A stretch of 64,000 bases of DNA from assembly GCA_964592525.1 (NCBI GenBank), contig CAZQFB010000002.1, positions 3,310 to 67,309 on the forward strand, given 5' to 3'. This document shows, in pieces, positions 35,799 to 49,198 of the stretch (position 1 is its first letter; every line of letters starts with the position of its first letter). The translations under genes were made by a program, and so were the position numbers. Under the pieces are notes generated by a model. The model made no database searches and had not been told where the DNA came from. It was given only the letters and a program-made list of their open reading frames with translations. The DNA is from an uncultured Candidatus Saccharibacteria bacterium. Its GTDB lineage: Bacteria > Patescibacteriota > WWE3 > CAZQFB01.

Positions 35799-38375
35799 TT
35801 ACGCAGCAATGGTCGCGGCATTGATGGTTTCTGCAAGCTCGCCATCTTCTTGATCAATGATAGTAATAGCGGCAAGGTTATCTCTGGCACTTAGATTAAT
35901 CAGTTTCACGCCTTGCGTGGCGCGACCAAGAATGGAGACCTGTTTGATTGGTACCCGTACTACCTGACCTTCACTGGAGGTCATCAAGACGTCAGCCTTT
36001 AAGTTAGTGACCATCCGGGCAGACACCAAAGAGCCAGTTTTGTCATTGATTCTAGCAGTTAAAATCCCCGTACCTCCCCTCTTTTGTAGCGTATATTCTG
36101 TTAATTTGGTTAACTTACCATAACCCTTTTTACTCACCACCAATAAGTGGGCAGCCAGATCAACCACCGCCATGCCAACGACCAGGTCTTCGTGTTTTAG
36201 TCTAATACCACGTACCCCGCTAGCACTGCGCCCCATGGGGCGTAAGTCCTTTTCCCCAAAACGGATGGACATACCTTTAGCGGTGGTTAGTATTATTTCA
36301 TTACTACCACTGCTCCAGTGTACCCAGCTTAACTCATCATCAGCTTTCAGGCGGATGGCGATTTTGCCACTTTTTCTGATGTTGTCAAATTCGGCTAAAG
36401 CCGTCCGTTTAACATTGCCTTTTTTCGTAGCAAAGATCAGGTATTTAGCAGTGTCGCCTTTTTGCATCTTCACAATACTTTGCGGTCGTTCGCTGGAGAG
36501 GATGTCAATCACATTAACCAGCGCGGTGCCTTTAGCGGTGCGAGAAGCTTCGGGTATTTCATGAACAGAGATGGAATATACCTTGCCACGATTGGTGAAA
36601 AAGAGCAATTTATCATGGGTGTTAGCATAGACAATGCGTGAGACCACGTCTTCTTCTTTGGTTTTCATACCCTTAACCCCTTTACCCCCCCTCCCCTGGG
36701 TTTTGTAGGTGGAGACATTTAACCTTTTGATATAACCACTTTCGGTCAAGGTAACAATTACATCTTCTTCTGGTACCAAGTCTTCATCACTTAACGTTTT
36801 CAGACCCCTTTTATAAACTTTCGTTCTTCGCTCGTCACCATATTTATCTTTTAATGCCGCTAACTCTTTGCTAATCGTGTCTAATATTTGTTGCGGAGAG
36901 CCTAACAGTGCTTGGTAGTTGGCAATTTTGTTTTTGATGTCAGCCAATTCGTCCTTAATCTTTTGTTGCTCAAGCGCGGCTAATTTTCTAAGCTGCATAT
37001 CTAAGATCGCTTGGGCCTGGATCTCGGTGAGCTTAAACTTGGTCATCAAATTAGTTTTGGCTGTTTCCGCGTCTGGACTCTTTTTAATAGTGTCAATCAC
37101 CGCATCCAAATGATTGAGTGCGATCATTAAACCTTCTAAAATATGTTCGCGTTCTTTAGCTTTCTTTAGTAAATATAACGTTCGTCTGATGGTGACTATT
37201 TGCCGATGTTTGACAAATTCAGTCAAAATCTGCTTGAGGGTTAAGATCTTTGGTTCGCCATTGACTAGGGCAACAAGATTGGCATTAAAACTTTTTTCCA
37301 AATCCGTGTGTTTATAAAGTTGGTTAAGGATTCTTTGCGGGCGAATGTCACGTTTTAGCTCTATTACCATTCTAATGCCGTCACGATTAGACTCATCTCG
37401 TAAATCAGAAATGCCTTTGATTTTCTCTCTTTTAACCAAATCAGCAATCTTCATGACCAAGTTAGCTTTATTAACTTGATACGGTAGCTGTGTGACCACA
37501 ATTTGCATCTTCCCCCCTTTAATTTCTTCGGTTTCCGCAATACCCCGGATGATGATACGACCCTTACCAGTAGTGTAAGTGTGAACAATTTCATTAACAT
37601 CGTAAATATTTCCCCCAGTGGGGAAATCGGGTCCTTCCAGGTGTGCCATTAGCTCTTCAATGGTGATTTCCGAGCTGAAAGATATCTCGGGAGCAACTCC
37701 TTCCGCCAAAGGTTCACTAGTCTCTCCGTTAGCAGGTAAAATTGCCTTTCCTTTCTTGATTAAAGCGATAGTGGCATTAATGATCTCATTTAAATTGTGG
37801 GGAGGAATGTTCGTGGCCATACCCACAGCGATGCCAGACGAGCCGTTGACAAGCAGGTTTGGAAACAACGCTGGTAGAATTGTTGGCTCTTCGGCTTCAC
37901 CGGAATAATTACTTCTAAAATCAACGGTATCTTGGTTAATGTCTGCCAACATCTCGGAAGCTATTGGGGCTAAGCGACATTCGGTATAACGCATGGCGGC
38001 GGGGCTGTCACCATCAATGGAACCAAAGTTGCCCTGACCGTCAATGAGCGGAATGCGTAAAGAAAATTCTTGGGCCATGCGCACCAAAGTGTGATAAATG
38101 GCCAAGTCGCCGTGAGGGTGGAATTCTTTCATCACCTCACCCACAACAGCAGCGCATTTTTTATAAGAGGTACCTGGGTTCATGCCTTGACGGTGCATGG
38201 CATAAATAATGCGTCTTTGCACTGGTTTAAGACCGTCCCGCACATCCGGCAGCGCTCTAGCCACAATAACACTCATAGCATAGTCCAGATAGGACTTCTG
38301 CATTTGTTGGGAAATAGACACACCGGAAACGGTGGGGTGTGGTGTTGTTGTTTTTGGTTTAGTACCAGTTGCCAT
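35799..38375 (-). CDS. gyrA: DNA gyrase subunit A
   Basis: 858 aa; N-terminal catalytic region with AMRYTECRL and active-site Tyr context; C-terminal beta-pinwheel repeats. Confidence 0.95.
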   Translation of the reverse strand: MATGTKPKTTTPHPTVSGVSISQQMQKSYLDYAMSVIVARALPDVRDGLKPVQRRIIYAMHRQGMNPGTSYKKCAAVVGEVMKEFHPHGDLAIYHTLVRMAQEFSLRIPLIDGQGNFGSIDGDSPAAMRYTECRLAPIASEMLADINQDTVDFRSNYSGEAEEPTILPALFPNLLVNGSSGIAVGMATNIPPHNLNEIINATIALIKKGKAILPANGETSEPLAEGVAPEISFSSEITIEELMAHLEGPDFPTGGNIYDVNEIVHTYTTGKGRIIIRGIAETEEIKGGKMQIVVTQLPYQVNKANLVMKIADLVKREKIKGISDLRDESNRDGIRMVIELKRDIRPQRILNQLYKHTDLEKSFNANLVALVNGEPKILTLKQILTEFVKHRQIVTIRRTLYLLKKAKEREHILEGLMIALNHLDAVIDTIKKSPDAETAKTNLMTKFKLTEIQAQAILDMQLRKLAALEQQKIKDELADIKNKIANYQALLGSPQQILDTISKELAALKDKYGDERRTKVYKRGLKTLSDEDLVPEEDVIVTLTESGYIKRLNVSTYKTQGRGGKGVKGMKTKEEDVVSRIVYANTHDKLLFFTNRGKVYSISVHEIPEASRTAKGTALVNVIDILSSERPQSIVKMQKGDTAKYLIFATKKGNVKRTALAEFDNIRKSGKIAIRLKADDELSWVHWSSGSNEIILTTAKGMSIRFGEKDLRPMGRSASGVRGIRLKHEDLVVGMAVVDLAAHLLVVSKKGYGKLTKLTEYTLQKRGGTGILTARINDKTGSLVSARMVTNLKADVLMTSSEGQVVRVPIKQVSILGRATQGVKLINLSARDNLAAITIIDQEDGELAETINAATIAA

Positions 38376-38459
38376 GAAAGCTAATTATACTCATTTGTGG
38401 CTGTAACGACAATGGTTTTGGCTTTTGAAGTAGAATAATACTGGCCCCGATTGTGCTGT

Positions 38460-38825
38460 TTAGGGGCCAGGGTCTCTCTGTCTATTGGTGATTCGTTTTC
38501 TAGCCAGGTAGCAACCGTGCAGGAGCAGTAAGGCAAGTGATTGGCAAGAGAAGGCGAGCAAGCAGAAGCTGAACTTGTGAATAATGCTCGTGATTATACA
38601 AGCCATCACTGCGGTAACCACCCAAGTTGTTATCAGGGCCGCTGCCCAAGTTAAGCCGGTCTCAACTAAGATAAGACAGGTAATAATTGCCAACCACATG
38701 GTTACTAGGAGGATAAGCCCACCCAACACAAGACCTAAGTCTTTAGTGATTACCACCACTACTACCAATACTAATGAGGCTGACAGTAGTACTGCCGCTA
38801 AGGCGATACGGGTAGGATTGCCCAT
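38460..38825 (-). CDS. Hypothetical membrane protein
   Basis: 121 aa, strongly hydrophobic; in the gyrB-gyrA intergenic insert. Confidence 0.3.
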   Translation of the reverse strand: MGNPTRIALAAVLLSASLVLVVVVVITKDLGLVLGGLILLVTMWLAIITCLILVETGLTWAAALITTWVVTAVMACIITSIIHKFSFCLLAFSCQSLALLLLHGCYLARKRITNRQRDPGP

Positions 38826-39217
38826 CTTCTCCCCCTTGGCTAAAAATTAGGCTTGTCTTTAATAATAAAGCATTGGTTAAAAAATTAAAAAGAGTTTTCT
38901 GTTGATGAAGTATTTTTAACGAGGGCTATTGACCGTAGTGTAAGTCTAATGGTTGTTCTTTCCTGACTTAGCAAGCAGTTAAACCATTGTGGTTATGAGT
39001 TAAAACCGTAAGCTCTGTAAGGCTATTTGGTTGCGCAGAAATAAATGAGCAGTTTTAAACTAGCTGTTGTAAAACTTTCTTATAAGAGCAACTATCTTGT
39101 GCTTACTATCACCGCCAAGGGTTGGGGGTAAGTTAGTCTGCTTAGGCTTATGGCGCTAGCTGGTGAAGCCCGGCGGGTTAATAAAACCCGCCGGGCTGTT
39201 GCAGTGAGTTGGGCAGA

Positions 39218-39613
39218 CTACGAAAGCTCTTGAGACAACTTGTCTTTGTATGCTAGCCAGTTGTCCCACCAGGCTTGGACAGCCTCCTCTGTCTCTTGGA
39301 TATGCTCTGTTCTCTTCCAGTACTGCACATCAACGTGTGGTTGTTTAGGGCTGAATTGGAAACGGATGGCTGCCCGAATCAGCTCCACGGTTGAACCGGG
39401 CCAGTTTCCGGTTCGGTGGGATTTAGATCCTACCAAAATCTCTGCATCCACAACAACAGCTCTCTCCTCCTTGTTTTCTGCAGGAAATATGAGGAAACAA
39501 AAAGAGCCGGGGTAAATCCCCTTGTCCATCAAGAAAGCAGCAAATCTACCCGGCGACAGCTCCACTACACTGCTCACTCCTTCCTCCTTGTATGGTGAAT
39601 CGGATATAATCAC
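39218..39613 (-). CDS. Hypothetical protein
   Basis: 131-aa ORF between gyrB and gyrA; no recognisable motif. Confidence 0.35.
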   Translation of the reverse strand: MIISDSPYKEEGVSSVVELSPGRFAAFLMDKGIYPGSFCFLIFPAENKEERAVVVDAEILVGSKSHRTGNWPGSTVELIRAAIRFQFSPKQPHVDVQYWKRTEHIQETEEAVQAWWDNWLAYKDKLSQELS

Positions 39614-39811
39614 TTAGTTATCACACCAGTTACGAGCCGTCAACCTAGTGGTTGGATATAATCCCTTTAGTGTGCCGGTTAATCGGGAGAAGAAAATTGC
39701 CTGTGTTTCTATCAAACCTTATTCAAATAAAAAAGTGACCCGGTTTACGTAAACAAGGTAAGCCAAGTGTAAGTCTAAAAACTGGTGCTTGCTCTGGATA
39801 TAGTTAGCTAT

Positions 39812-42554
<2,743 letters not shown>

Positions 42555-42611
42555 CGGGGGTATTTTAACACTCTCTTTCAGGTAAGGTAATGAGCTTTGC
42601 TTTGAGGTGTT

Positions 42612-43019
42612 ATGATGGTGACAAGACGCGAGAAAGGTTGGGTGTTGAACACACAGCAAAAGCGCTACTGGAGCTTTTTGTACAACTGTTACCGTTTGGC
42701 TAAGGAGAGCCAAAGAGTATTTTTGGGTTTGTTTCTCTGGTGGGGTTTTTGGTTGCTGCTTTCATTATTGCCTGGAGAGAGTGGCGTTTGGCTGCTCGTG
42801 GACACTGTCGCCTTTTTGGTCTTACTGGTTGTGTCCGTAGTGGGTGTATTAGCTATGAAGTTGTTGGCTGGTTTAGCCACAAGGGCTTACCAGAGAGATC
42901 TTGCGCCTTTGGTGCGACAAGAACGCTGGTTGGCAGAACAGGCGTTTGTGAGAACATGCCAGGCTAATTCCAAGAGGCTGATGGAAAATCGCTGGTGGCG
43001 GCAACCAAAACGAGCTTGA
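42612..43019 (+). CDS. Hypothetical membrane protein
   Basis: 135 aa, two hydrophobic helices; followed by GC hairpin gaggggaggg/cctcccct. Confidence 0.35.
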   Translation: MMVTRREKGWVLNTQQKRYWSFLYNCYRLAKESQRVFLGLFLWWGFWLLLSLLPGESGVWLLVDTVAFLVLLVVSVVGVLAMKLLAGLATRAYQRDLAPLVRQERWLAEQAFVRTCQANSKRLMENRWWRQPKRA

Positions 43020-43091
43020 GAGGGCAAGCGAGGGGAGGGCGCGTCTCCTCCCCTACTTTCTTATAGCTTCAGATTTATATACAATTAGACT

Positions 43092-44846
43092 ATGCCTGCC
43101 CCTGAACCTAATACCACTTCTGCGACCAGTAATTTGGCTGAGTCGTTCACCTCACCCGAGGAGTTGTTGCTCCAGCAAGGTTTATTAACCCCCGAGCAAT
43201 ATGAAGAAATAAAGCAAGAACACATTAATACTGGTCAAGCCATTGAAGATCTTATCTTAGCTCGTGGGTATGTTAATCCTTTGACCTTTAACCAAGCTAA
43301 AGCGAAAGTGTTGGATTTAGCTTATGTGGAAGTTAATGGTTTAGAGGTGCCTTCGTTTATTTTAAATTTTATCCCGGAAACACTAGCCGCTAAGTACCTG
43401 GTACTGCCTTTTAAGGAAGAGGGTGCCAGCTTGCATGTTGCCATGGCGGATCCGCTTGATCTTCAGGTCATCGCTATTGTGGAGAAAAAATCTGGGATGC
43501 GGGTTAAACCCTACTTAGCGGATAAAACTAATCTGGGCTATGCAATCCAACAACAATATAGTAAAGCTTTTGGTTCAGAAGTATCTGAAGCTCTTAAGGA
43601 AGTTGGTCAGCTCACCCTGAAACCAACGAAACTGGATACCTTAGAAGGTACGGAATTGAAGTCTTTGGAGAATGCTCCCGTGGCGAGGATTGTGGGTCAG
43701 ATACTCCAGTATGCGGTTCGCTCTGGTGCTTCTGATGTCCACATTGAACCCGGTGAAGATAAAACGAGAGTACGCTACCGGGTGGATGGTGTGATGTCAG
43801 AGAAGTTAAGTTTACCGCTCACTGTCCATGCTAACTTGGTTTCGCGCGTTAAGATCTTGTCCAATTTGAAGATTGATGAAAAACGGTTACCTCAAGATGG
43901 GCGGTTTAAGGTGCAAGTTGGCACTACGATTATTGACTTAAGGGTGTCAACCTTACCTACAGTCTACGGGGAAAAAGTGGTCATGCGTTTGTTGGAAGGT
44001 GCTGGGCGGGTGATGGGTATTCAGGAATTAGGCATGCGTGGTAGTGCCCTGAAAAGATTTGAGGCTAGTTTATCTAAAACTTTAGGTATGATTTTGGTTA
44101 CTGGTCCGACGGGGAGTGGTAAAACTAACACTTTAGCTTCGGGTTTGGCGAGAGTGAACACGATTAAGGTCAATGTTATTACCTTAGAGGATCCAGTGGA
44201 AATACGTATTCCTGGGGCTAACCAGGTGCAAATCAACCACACTGCCGGTTTAACTTTTGCTTCGGGTTTGCGTTCTATCTTACGACAAGACCCTGATATT
44301 ATTATGGTGGGTGAGATCAGGGATCAAGAAACAGCTGAATTAGCGGTGCATGCTTCCTTAACGGGTCATTTGGTCTTTTCCACCCTGCATACCAAGTCAG
44401 CCGCGGGAGCTCTGCCGCGGTTGTATGACATGAAAGTTGAACCTTTTTTATTGGCTTCTACGGTAAATCTAGTTATGGCGCAGCGTTTGGTGAGAACCCT
44501 GTGTAATAAGTGTAAACAACCTTACGTGCCCAGTGATGAGGTTAAAGCTGATATCAGCACAGTACTTGGTGCTTATCTTTCTCTGGATCTATCTAAGCTG
44601 CAGCTTTATAAACCAGTAGGTTGTAGTGAGTGTGGGTCGGAGGGTTATGCTGGTCGGACGGGAATTTTTGAGGTTTTAGAAGTTACCCCTCGGATTGGTC
44701 GGGCGATCATCCAACGCCAGCCCGAAGGAGAACTCCAAAAGATTGCCGTTGAGGAAGGCATGTTGCCCTTACTACTTGATGGTTATTTGAAAGTGGTTGA
44801 TGGTACAACGACCATTGAGGAAGTCTTAAGAGTAGCCAAGGATTAA
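43092..44846 (+). CDS. pilB: Type IV pilus assembly ATPase PilB (GspE family)
   Basis: N-terminal GspE_N domain, Walker A TGPTGSGKT, tetracysteine motif. Confidence 0.9.
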   Translation: MPAPEPNTTSATSNLAESFTSPEELLLQQGLLTPEQYEEIKQEHINTGQAIEDLILARGYVNPLTFNQAKAKVLDLAYVEVNGLEVPSFILNFIPETLAAKYLVLPFKEEGASLHVAMADPLDLQVIAIVEKKSGMRVKPYLADKTNLGYAIQQQYSKAFGSEVSEALKEVGQLTLKPTKLDTLEGTELKSLENAPVARIVGQILQYAVRSGASDVHIEPGEDKTRVRYRVDGVMSEKLSLPLTVHANLVSRVKILSNLKIDEKRLPQDGRFKVQVGTTIIDLRVSTLPTVYGEKVVMRLLEGAGRVMGIQELGMRGSALKRFEASLSKTLGMILVTGPTGSGKTNTLASGLARVNTIKVNVITLEDPVEIRIPGANQVQINHTAGLTFASGLRSILRQDPDIIMVGEIRDQETAELAVHASLTGHLVFSTLHTKSAAGALPRLYDMKVEPFLLASTVNLVMAQRLVRTLCNKCKQPYVPSDEVKADISTVLGAYLSLDLSKLQLYKPVGCSECGSEGYAGRTGIFEVLEVTPRIGRAIIQRQPEGELQKIAVEEGMLPLLLDGYLKVVDGTTTIEEVLRVAKD

Positions 44847-44849
44847 AAG

Positions 44850-45917
44850 ATGCAGACAAACCCAACCTTAGACGAAATATTAAAAGCGGTTATCAATCTC
44901 CGGGCATCGGATTTACATTTAACGGCGAATCTTCCTCCGATTGTACGGGTGGATGGTACGCTTAAGCCTTTAGAAGGCTTTGCCAGTTTAACTGATGAGC
45001 TGGTTAATGGCTTGGTTTTGGCGATGTTGGGAAAAGAAAAAACCGAACAGCTAAAGCAGAATCTAGAAGTGGATACTTCCTACGCACACGAACAACTGGC
45101 GCGTTTTAGAGTGAATGCCTATTTTCAGCGTTCCCATATAAGTGCTGCTTTGCGGTTGATTCCAGCCAAGATACCCTCTTTGCGGGAATTAGGTATGCCG
45201 GATATTATTGCCACTTTCTGCTCTTTACCTTATGGTTTGGTGCTGGTAACGGGACCAACCGGTCAGGGTAAATCAACCACCATTGCTGCCATGATCCAGT
45301 TGATTAATGAAACCCGTAATGTCCATATTGTCACCATTGAAGATCCGATTGAGTATGTGTTTACCCCCCAAAAAGCGTTAATAACCCAGCGGGAAATGCA
45401 TCATGATACCCATTCTTGGGAGGTGGCTTTGCGCAGTTCACTGCGGGAAGATCCTAATGTTGTTTTGGTGGGAGAGATGCGTGATTTTGAAACCATTGCC
45501 GCAGCGATAACCATTGCCGAAACTGGTCATTTGGTTTTTGCCACCCTGCACACGAGTAGTGCTTCCCAGTCAATTGACCGGATTATTGATGTTTTCCCGG
45601 AAAACCAGCAACAGCAAGTTCGGGTCCAGTTATCGGCGATGCTGGAAGCGGTCATCTCGCAACGGCTGTTACCAAGACTCAACGGTGGGCGGGTGGCAGC
45701 CGTTGAAGTGATGACGGCGACTCCGGCGGTGCGGAATATTATTCGTGAAGGCAAAACGCATCAGGTGGATAATGTCATTGCCACTTCGGCTGATGTGGGG
45801 ATGTTGTCGTATGAATATTCGCTGGCTAATTTAGTAAAAAGCCGGGTTATTGCTGAAGAGGCAGCACTGGCGGCTACCACCAGACCGGAAGAATTAACAC
45901 GCTTACTTAAGAGGTAA
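44850..45917 (+). CDS. pilT: Type IV pilus retraction ATPase PilT
   Basis: 355 aa, Walker A TGPTGQGKSTT, PilT-size without N-terminal GspE_N domain. Confidence 0.88.
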   Translation: MQTNPTLDEILKAVINLRASDLHLTANLPPIVRVDGTLKPLEGFASLTDELVNGLVLAMLGKEKTEQLKQNLEVDTSYAHEQLARFRVNAYFQRSHISAALRLIPAKIPSLRELGMPDIIATFCSLPYGLVLVTGPTGQGKSTTIAAMIQLINETRNVHIVTIEDPIEYVFTPQKALITQREMHHDTHSWEVALRSSLREDPNVVLVGEMRDFETIAAAITIAETGHLVFATLHTSSASQSIDRIIDVFPENQQQQVRVQLSAMLEAVISQRLLPRLNGGRVAAVEVMTATPAVRNIIREGKTHQVDNVIATSADVGMLSYEYSLANLVKSRVIAEEAALAATTRPEELTRLLKR

Positions 45918-45924
45918 AATTGCC

Positions 45925-47127
45925 ATGCCTGTATTAACTTATACTGCTAAAGACCAACAAGGACAGCTTAAAAAAGGAACGGTAGAAGCTCTAGACCCCA
46001 AGAAGGCGGCGGAAGTATTAGCGGGGAGTGAGCTAACCCCGATTACCATTAAAGAACAAAAAACCCGGTTTAGTCTGCGGGAGAAATTGGGTGGTGGTGT
46101 CTCGGGTAAACAGCTGGTAGCTTTCACTCGGCAGTTAGCCACGATGGTGTCTGCTGGTTTGCCCCTGCCCCAATCACTCCAAACACTGGAAACGCAAACC
46201 GACAGTGAGCGCTTGCGTGAAGTTATTGCCGATTTGGTACGTGCGGTTGAAGGCGGTTCCCCACTGTCGCTGGGTATGGAAAAGCATAGTAAAGTCTTCA
46301 GTCCGGTCTATGTAAATTTGGTGAAGGTGGGTGAAGCTTCGGGTAAGCTTGATACGGTGCTTCTTAACTTAGCCGATACGGTCGAAAAATCATACGATTT
46401 TAAGTCAAAAGTACGCACGGCGATGGTTTACCCAACCATGATCATGTTAACAATGCTGGTGGTGTTTACTTTTCTTTTTGTGTTTGTGGTGCCCCAATTA
46501 GCGCAGATTTACGAAAATTTTGAGCGTGAACTGCCCATACAAACCAAATTAGTGATTGCTATTTCTGATTTGTTGACCCAACGGGGTTGGTTGGTCATTC
46601 TGTTATTAATTATGGGCGTAGTGTCGTTTGTGCAGTTTAAAAAGACAGAGCTGGGCAAATATTTTTTGGCACGTTTGGGGTTGAAGTTTCCCATTATTGG
46701 TCATCTGCGTCAAAACGTGGAGATCACCGAATTTACCCGTACTTTAGGTTTACTGGTGCAAAGTGGCGTGCCTATTTTGCAGGCTATGGAGATTGCCACG
46801 CAAAGTATGAACAATCTCTTATTTCGTGAGGGGGTACTAAATGCGACAAAGCAAGTTGAAAGAGGCGTGTCTATAGCAGTTGCCTTAAGCAACACCACCA
46901 CCTTTCCGCCGATGGTGACCCAGATGATCGGGGTAGGTGAACGAACTGGAAAGCTGGATGAGGTTTTGCGCCGGTTATCTGAATTTCTACAAAAGGAAAC
47001 CAACGCTTCCGTAGATAATTTAGCTACAGCTCTGGAACCGATAATACTGGTGGTGTTAGGAGCGATGGTGGGTTTCTTGGTGATGAGTATTATTTTGCCA
47101 ATATATGATTTAACTAGTAGTTTTTAA
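45925..47127 (+). CDS. pilC: Type IV pilus platform protein PilC (GspF family)
   Basis: 400 aa, two GspF repeats, three TM helices. Confidence 0.88.
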   Translation: MPVLTYTAKDQQGQLKKGTVEALDPKKAAEVLAGSELTPITIKEQKTRFSLREKLGGGVSGKQLVAFTRQLATMVSAGLPLPQSLQTLETQTDSERLREVIADLVRAVEGGSPLSLGMEKHSKVFSPVYVNLVKVGEASGKLDTVLLNLADTVEKSYDFKSKVRTAMVYPTMIMLTMLVVFTFLFVFVVPQLAQIYENFERELPIQTKLVIAISDLLTQRGWLVILLLIMGVVSFVQFKKTELGKYFLARLGLKFPIIGHLRQNVEITEFTRTLGLLVQSGVPILQAMEIATQSMNNLLFREGVLNATKQVERGVSIAVALSNTTTFPPMVTQMIGVGERTGKLDEVLRRLSEFLQKETNASVDNLATALEPIILVVLGAMVGFLVMSIILPIYDLTSSF

Positions 47128-47209
47128 GGAGCGTTTGACCGATGCCAAAAGCAGTGTGCTATACTTTTGATGATATGAATAATCTTGCCCAGAGAGGGGG
47201 TGAATCTTA

Positions 47210-47689
47210 ATGATTAAAAATCAAACTGGTTTTACGCTGATTGAGATGTTGATTGTCATGGGGGTGATTGCGATTTTGGCGGTGGCGATTTTAAGTGCTA
47301 TTGACCCAGTTGAACAAATGCGCAAAGCGGAAGATTCCAGGATGAGGTCGGATACAGCGGAACTACTTAATGCCCTTGAGCGTTACTACACCACCTTTAG
47401 GGAATATCCATGGTCTACAGCACCTGATGCGGATTGTCCGCAGTTTGATGGTTCTCCTGCAACTTGTGATTTACCCTTGGATGACTTAATTGACACCAAT
47501 GAACTCAAACCACAGTTTGCTAACCGTGAGCTGGAGAATTATTACATCACCCAAGATAGTAACGATTCAGTACATATCTGTTTTAGACCCCAATCTAAAT
47601 CTTGGGATATGGAGGCTACTACTAAGGCTTATACCCAAACAGGCACAACCGGTTGCACTGCTGATTGTTATGTCTGTGTGCCCGAGTAG
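47210..47689 (+). CDS. pilA: Type IV major pilin
   Basis: Class III signal: KNQTG/FTLIEMLIV with Glu at +5; C-terminal Cys pairs. Confidence 0.85.
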   Translation: MIKNQTGFTLIEMLIVMGVIAILAVAILSAIDPVEQMRKAEDSRMRSDTAELLNALERYYTTFREYPWSTAPDADCPQFDGSPATCDLPLDDLIDTNELKPQFANRELENYYITQDSNDSVHICFRPQSKSWDMEATTKAYTQTGTTGCTADCYVCVPE

Positions 47690-47828
47690 GCTCTTGGTAA
47701 GCTAGCCTGTTGGCTAAAGAGAATGACATTATTAGGGAAAAGCTCCTTAAATGGGGTTTTTTCCTTTTTCTGAAGGTTTTTATCTTTTCAGGCAGGGCGG
47801 AAAATATGGCGCGTGTTACTATTTAATC

Positions 47829-48557
47829 ATGCTCGTTTGCTGGCTATTTCTATTTGGTTTGGTGGTGGGGTCGTTTCTTAATGTGGTTATTGATCGGGTA
47901 CCCCGCCAAGAAAAAATTACCGGACGCTCTCACTGTGATTTTTGCCAGCGGCAATTGAGCTGGCGTGAGCTGCTGCCCCTTATTAGTTTTGTTTGCCAAA
48001 AAGCGCAGAGTAAATGTTGCCACCACCGACTCTCCTGGCAATACCCTCTGGTAGAAGTGGCGACGGGGATTTTGTTTGTCGTGCTTTGGCGCCAAGCAGA
48101 TCTGCTACTCCTGCCTTTGGCAGCTGGGTTGTTGGCGCTCTTAGTGATTGATCTGAAAACAATGCTTTTGCCCCAGACCCTCACCTATCCCCTATTGATA
48201 TTGGCACTTGTGCGCTTAGTTATTCTTCCTGACTTAAATCTGGGCTTAACCTTGTTAGGGGCTTTGGGTGTGGGTCTGTTTTTTTACAGTATTATTGTCA
48301 TCACTAAAGGGAGGGGAATGGGTCAGGGGGATGTGACTTTGGGTGTTTTGGTTAGCCTGATTGCCTCTTGGCCTTATCTGGTAACCTCGCTTTTTGTAGC
48401 CAATCTCTTAGGTGGGGTGGTTGCTTGGCTGCTGCTTCTTTTGGGTGTGAAAAAAAAGAGCGACAAACTACCTTTTGGTCCTTTTTTGATTATCGGGTTA
48501 GCATTAACCCTCCTTAATGGTGAGTGGTTAATGGCGCTGCTCTTTCCGCTCTGGTAG
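47829..48557 (+). CDS. pilD: Prepilin peptidase (A24 family)
   Basis: N-terminal CxxC...CxxC zinc motif, catalytic-type GQGD; start taken at internal ATG. Confidence 0.85.
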   Translation: MLVCWLFLFGLVVGSFLNVVIDRVPRQEKITGRSHCDFCQRQLSWRELLPLISFVCQKAQSKCCHHRLSWQYPLVEVATGILFVVLWRQADLLLLPLAAGLLALLVIDLKTMLLPQTLTYPLLILALVRLVILPDLNLGLTLLGALGVGLFFYSIIVITKGRGMGQGDVTLGVLVSLIASWPYLVTSLFVANLLGGVVAWLLLLLGVKKKSDKLPFGPFLIIGLALTLLNGEWLMALLFPLW

Positions 48558-48601
48558 GGTTTGCCAATGACCTTGAGTATCATGCTAAACTGATAAGGTG
48601 T

Positions 48602-49198
48602 ATGAAAAACTGCTCTGTCACTAACCAAACCGGGTTCACCTTAGTGGAACTGATTATTGCCATGACGCTAATGTCACTGATTGCGTTTGGGTTTCCTTCC
48701 TTTGGCGCCTATAACAATAGACAAGCTATCCAACTCGCTGCCAAACAACTTAAGACAGATCTTAGGGACAGTCAGTCAAGATCGCTTCATGGTACGAAAG
48801 CCAAGGCAACTGGTGATGAGGCTGCTATTTGGGGTTTAAGGTTGACTTTAGCTTCAGATGTTTACCAGCGCTATTATTGTGACGCCACACAAACTTCTCT
48901 GAACGATTATTGCTACAATCAGTGTGTGGCTGATCGGGAGTTCCGTTTACCAAAAGGCGTACAATTTAAAGAGATCACTGCTTACCCGGCTACTGGTGGT
49001 TTGAATGTGGTATTTACACCAGCCACCAACAGTACGGTGTTGTTTCACACTGATGATGGTGCCCCAGTGCAAGTTGGTGGTACCCCAATCACCAGTGTTT
49101 CAGTGGAGTTGGGCATACCCGGTTTTGGTGAGGGAATGACAGAATCTCGCTATGTGGTAATTGATAAAAACGGTAATATTGAAGATCTTAAACTATGA
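48602..49198 (+). CDS. Minor pilin / pseudopilin
   Basis: Prepilin motif TNQTG/FTLVELIIAM with Glu at +5. Confidence 0.7.
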   Translation: MKNCSVTNQTGFTLVELIIAMTLMSLIAFGFPSFGAYNNRQAIQLAAKQLKTDLRDSQSRSLHGTKAKATGDEAAIWGLRLTLASDVYQRYYCDATQTSLNDYCYNQCVADREFRLPKGVQFKEITAYPATGGLNVVFTPATNSTVLFHTDDGAPVQVGGTPITSVSVELGIPGFGEGMTESRYVVIDKNGNIEDLKL

